This document shows, piece by piece, positions 60,370 through 64,000 of a stretch of DNA of 64,000 nucleotides. Every line of letters begins with the position of its first letter. Position 1 is the first letter of the stretch. The DNA is from Eledone cirrhosa (Eukaryota): the NCBI GenBank assembly GCA_964016885.1, contig OZ024743.1:117800001-117864000 (forward strand). The letters are read 5' to 3'. Below the pieces are notes generated by a model. It was not told the DNA's origin. It did no database searches and was given only the letters and a program-made list of their open reading frames with translations. Made by a program: the position numbers and the translations under genes.

Positions 60370-62105
60370 ATTTTCAACAGTAATACTATATTATATATTT
60401 TCAATAGTAATACAGTACTATATATTTTACTGTACTGTACTATATATTTTCAACAGTAATACTATACTAAACTATATATTTTCAACAGTGATACTATACT
60501 ATACTCTATATTTTCAACAGTAATGCTATACTATACATTTTCAACAGTAATACTATCTATACATATATATATAACTGTAGTTGTCTGTGTGTGTGTCCTC
60601 ATTTTGGCAAAGTCTATACAAATCCACAGTTCTACTCCGATTGACTTCAAACTTGCATTTATATATTCCTTGCGGTCTAAAAATATTAACTTCAGCTTTT
60701 ATTTTTCAATTTTCTGTTGTTAAAGGCCTGTTAGGCGTCGGTTATCGATCCCCGTTGCGCCCTTATAATATCTGTCTGTATGACTGGCTGTCTGCATTTC
60801 TACATACATTGATGAAGTATTATGTTCGCTATTTTCCGTTCATTGCCAGGAAACGTCTTCACGAACCAAAGTATCGTCTTCCTGTTTTCCTTCGGTTGCA
60901 ACGTTTTTCGAAATATTTACTTCTGCGTTCACAGATTGATGTTTGTAGTTTCAGAAGATCCCGTTAAAGGTGAAAGCAACGATGTTTTGCTTAAATTTTA
61001 ATCTGATATTTTAATCTATATATGTATGTATATAAAACTGAGGTGTGTGTGTGGTGTGCGTGCGTGCGTGTGTGCGTGTGTGTGCGTGCATGTGTGTGTG
61101 AATCCCTAAAACTCGAGAAGTACCCAACCGATTTTTTTCAGACTTTACATGTGTATTAGTTATGTTTCACGGAGTGTTATGCACATAAATATATTTCAGC
61201 TTTTTGATCCCCCTATGGCTCGCATTAGTTGAAAAACTGCGTTTTTTCGGGTTTTTAGGGATTTTTGAGGCGTTATATCAGACCGATTTCCTTGAAATTG
61301 TAACTATGTATTAGCCAGTCTCTTCTTCATACCGTGAGCAAAGAAAATCCAGCATGTTTATGGCCTAGGGTCGCATTAGGTGAAACACTTCATTTTTTCA
61401 GCTTTTTAGGGCTTTTTTGAGGCGTTACATCTAGCCGATTTTCCCGAAATTTCAATTATGCGCATAAAAGAAATTCATTTTCTTGAGACCCTAGGGCCCG
61501 CATTATTTGAAAACCTGCATTTTTCCAGCTTCATCGAGGAAAATCTTAAAGATTGTCCAGCCATCAGATTATTCGGTTTATTTTCTTTAGATATTATCCA
61601 GGCATGCAGTTTTTCACGATTAGGTCTGTTGGCGGCCCGCGTTCCAAAATACCATATCCCGTGCAACGCCCGGTACCACTGCTAGAACTATATATTTTCA
61701 ACAGTAATACTATACTATACTATATATTTTCAACAGTAATACTATACTATACTATATATTTTCGACAGTAATACTATACTATACTATATATTTTCAACAG
61801 TAATACTATACTATATATTTTCAACAGTAAATCTGTATTATATATTTTCAACAGCAATACTATACTATACTATATATTTTCAACAGTAATACTATACTAT
61901 ATATTTTCAACAGTAAATCTGTATTATATATTTTCAACAGCAATACTATACTATACTATATATTTTCAACAGTAATACTATACTATATATTTTCAACAGT
62001 AATACTGTACTATATATTTTCAATAGTAATACTATATCATATATTTTTAACAGTAATACTATACTATATGTTTTCAACAGTAACATTATACTATATATTT
62101 TCAAC
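60370..62105. repeat. ~27-32-bp minisatellite (tatattttcaacagtaatac[tatac]n) split by a Helitron
   Basis: Units at 60370-60555 and 61686-62105. Confidence 0.9.
60556..61685 (+). mobile_element. Composite non-autonomous Helitron
   Basis: TC start at 60556; second TCTATA start at ~61015; internal ~150-bp degenerate repeats; 3' cccgtgcaacgcccggtaccactgCTAG. Confidence 0.7.
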
Positions 62106-63596
62106 ACACACAATATATATATTACTAAATCTCTGTGATTGTGTGCTGTAATTTAATACAGCCAAAAGGGCGCATAATGGTAAAATACTTTGAAAGAAAG
62201 TTGCCCCTGAAATGGGAATGTAAAGGGAATAAAATAAGTTTCGCGTAATTCGGAGTGCGTGTTCACGAGATAAGGGCTTTTTCCGGGTACCTTCATAAAT
62301 AGAGAGAGAGAACGATAGAGAGAAAAAGATAGTGGTTATGAGAGAGTAACTTGAAAGAGAGCATAAAGAGAGATAGAGAAGGAGACAGAGAATGAAAATG
62401 GAAGAGAGACACACACATATACAGTGTATATATTGGCCTTCCAATTTCATTTTACATCATATACATGTCTGTATATTTTAATTATTTAAAAATAATTTTT
62501 AAGTGAACATGATTTTCACGGGTGTCTAATATATATATATATGAAATTGAGGATCGGTTGAAAGCTTCATTGATTGAACAATATACAATTCATGGACTAA
62601 AGGAGGTTTCATGACTAAATGAGGTTTATTCCTCAACATAGTCTCTGAACTGAATCAATGCAGTTATTAATAAGAAAATTTGAAATTAATGCATACAAGA
62701 TTTCACAGCCCTAGCATAAATCCTTCATAGTCAGCAAATGTAATTCTCAGCCTATACTCGTATATTGTATTCTTGTTTTTATTTTCCATTTGCTAATATC
62801 TATTTCAAGGGAGTGAGAGATAAGAATGAGGTTGGAAGTATTGGCACAAAAATAGGAATTATATATCGTCGTCAATATTTATATTTATCAGCTTTTGATG
62901 AATAGACAGAGCGTCAATATATATATATCCACATTAATATACATATGTTTGCTTGTGTGTGTGTGCGTGTGTGTGTGTGTATGTTGTGTGTGTGTGAATG
63001 TGTGTCAGCGTTTGTGGTTGTGCATGTGTGTGTGAAAAAGAGAGATAGAGAGTATATATGCGTTGCATATTACCATTATTATATTTACATATTCTTTTCA
63101 GCCGATTAAGAATACGGTTTACTGATGGGTGTTTAATGTGGTATGGTCTGTTTCACAGCAGACATGTTTGACCAAACCAGTTTACTGATATCGGATGTTA
63201 CCTTGATCGAAACGAATAGGTCAGACCTACTAATTCTTTAGGATGGAGTCTCTTGTATGAAGTACACTGCTGGTAATGAAAAATATAGCATTACTTCAAA
63301 TTCAGTTCTGTAAACTTACCAAGGACACATTTAATACCATGGTTGCTGTCTTGCGAAGGTTGATGTCTTTGGCGGCTTCAAGATCGATGCTCTTTCATCA
63401 CTTAATTAAAAAGGAATGGCGGTGCCCATGCATATTTTCAGATCCTCCGGTATTTGAGTTTGTGTGGGTGTGCATCTGGGTATATATACACACACACACT
63501 TATACACCCAGGTTTATATTTGTCGAACCGTTAAGTTACGATATATAAACAAATTAGAAAACTTACACGCACGCATACGCACACGCACACACACAG

Positions 63597-63693
<97 letters not shown>

Positions 63694-63713
63694 TATATAT
63701 ATATATATATATA

Positions 63714-63868
63714 TAGGAAAATATTCAAGTCCAGAAACAGCCGTCGAAACGGCTTGAGCTCTACCGTCGGGGTCTTGAATATGTTTCTATTACCCACTCT
63801 ACTACCCTAAGTATCGAGTACTCTGGTGCGTTATGGTCCACCTGGTTCCTTACCACACTTCCTTCGTT
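63714..63868. mobile_element. Minimal fold-back derivative of the 1117-2551 family (opposite orientation)
   Basis: 16-nt short arm taggaaaatattcaag plus long arm ending ccttcgtta, in (TA)n. Confidence 0.7.
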
Positions 63869-64000
63869 ATATATATATAGTTGTATATATATATATTTTA
63901 AAAAATAGAGGTGTGACACACGAGTTGTGATATATTAGTAAAAAGGAAATGAAAATATGATAAATTTTTCCCAGTGAAAAATAGGTTAATTAGGAATAAG

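Noticed and set aside
60370-62105. Regularly spaced ~30-bp repeats resembling a CRISPR array
   Set aside because: Head-to-tail units without unique spacers, no cas genes, eukaryotic context

Overview
AT-rich, microsatellite-saturated eukaryotic non-coding DNA. The repeat repertoire looks like a cephalopod (Octopus-type) genome; this is inference. No host gene can be supported, and almost all ORFs in the track are translations of (TA)n/(CA)n/(GA)n tracts. Main contents: (1) One GC-rich, near-intact CR1-group LINE (~37.5-41.9 kb). Its ORF1 carries a Myb/SANT-like domain plus a CCCH zinc finger. Its APE+RT ORF2 has no upstream ATG but is reached in the -1 frame at an HIV-like U-UUU-UUA slippery site followed by a stem-loop. 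(2) Two decayed Penelope-like elements (RT+GIY-YIG) with inverted pseudo-LTRs, plus further PLE fragments. (3) About a dozen near-intact type I hammerhead-ribozyme motifs from several families, lying in inverted/tandem non-coding units set into (TA)n tracts. These include a ~650-nt retrozyme-like unit with covarying stems and a U3-A8 core variant family with fixed termini. (4) Several non-autonomous or chimeric Helitrons with RepHel fragments. (5) Two tRNA-derived SINE families, RTE fragments, a mariner derivative and minisatellites. All coordinates were read by eye; element boundaries are approximate.
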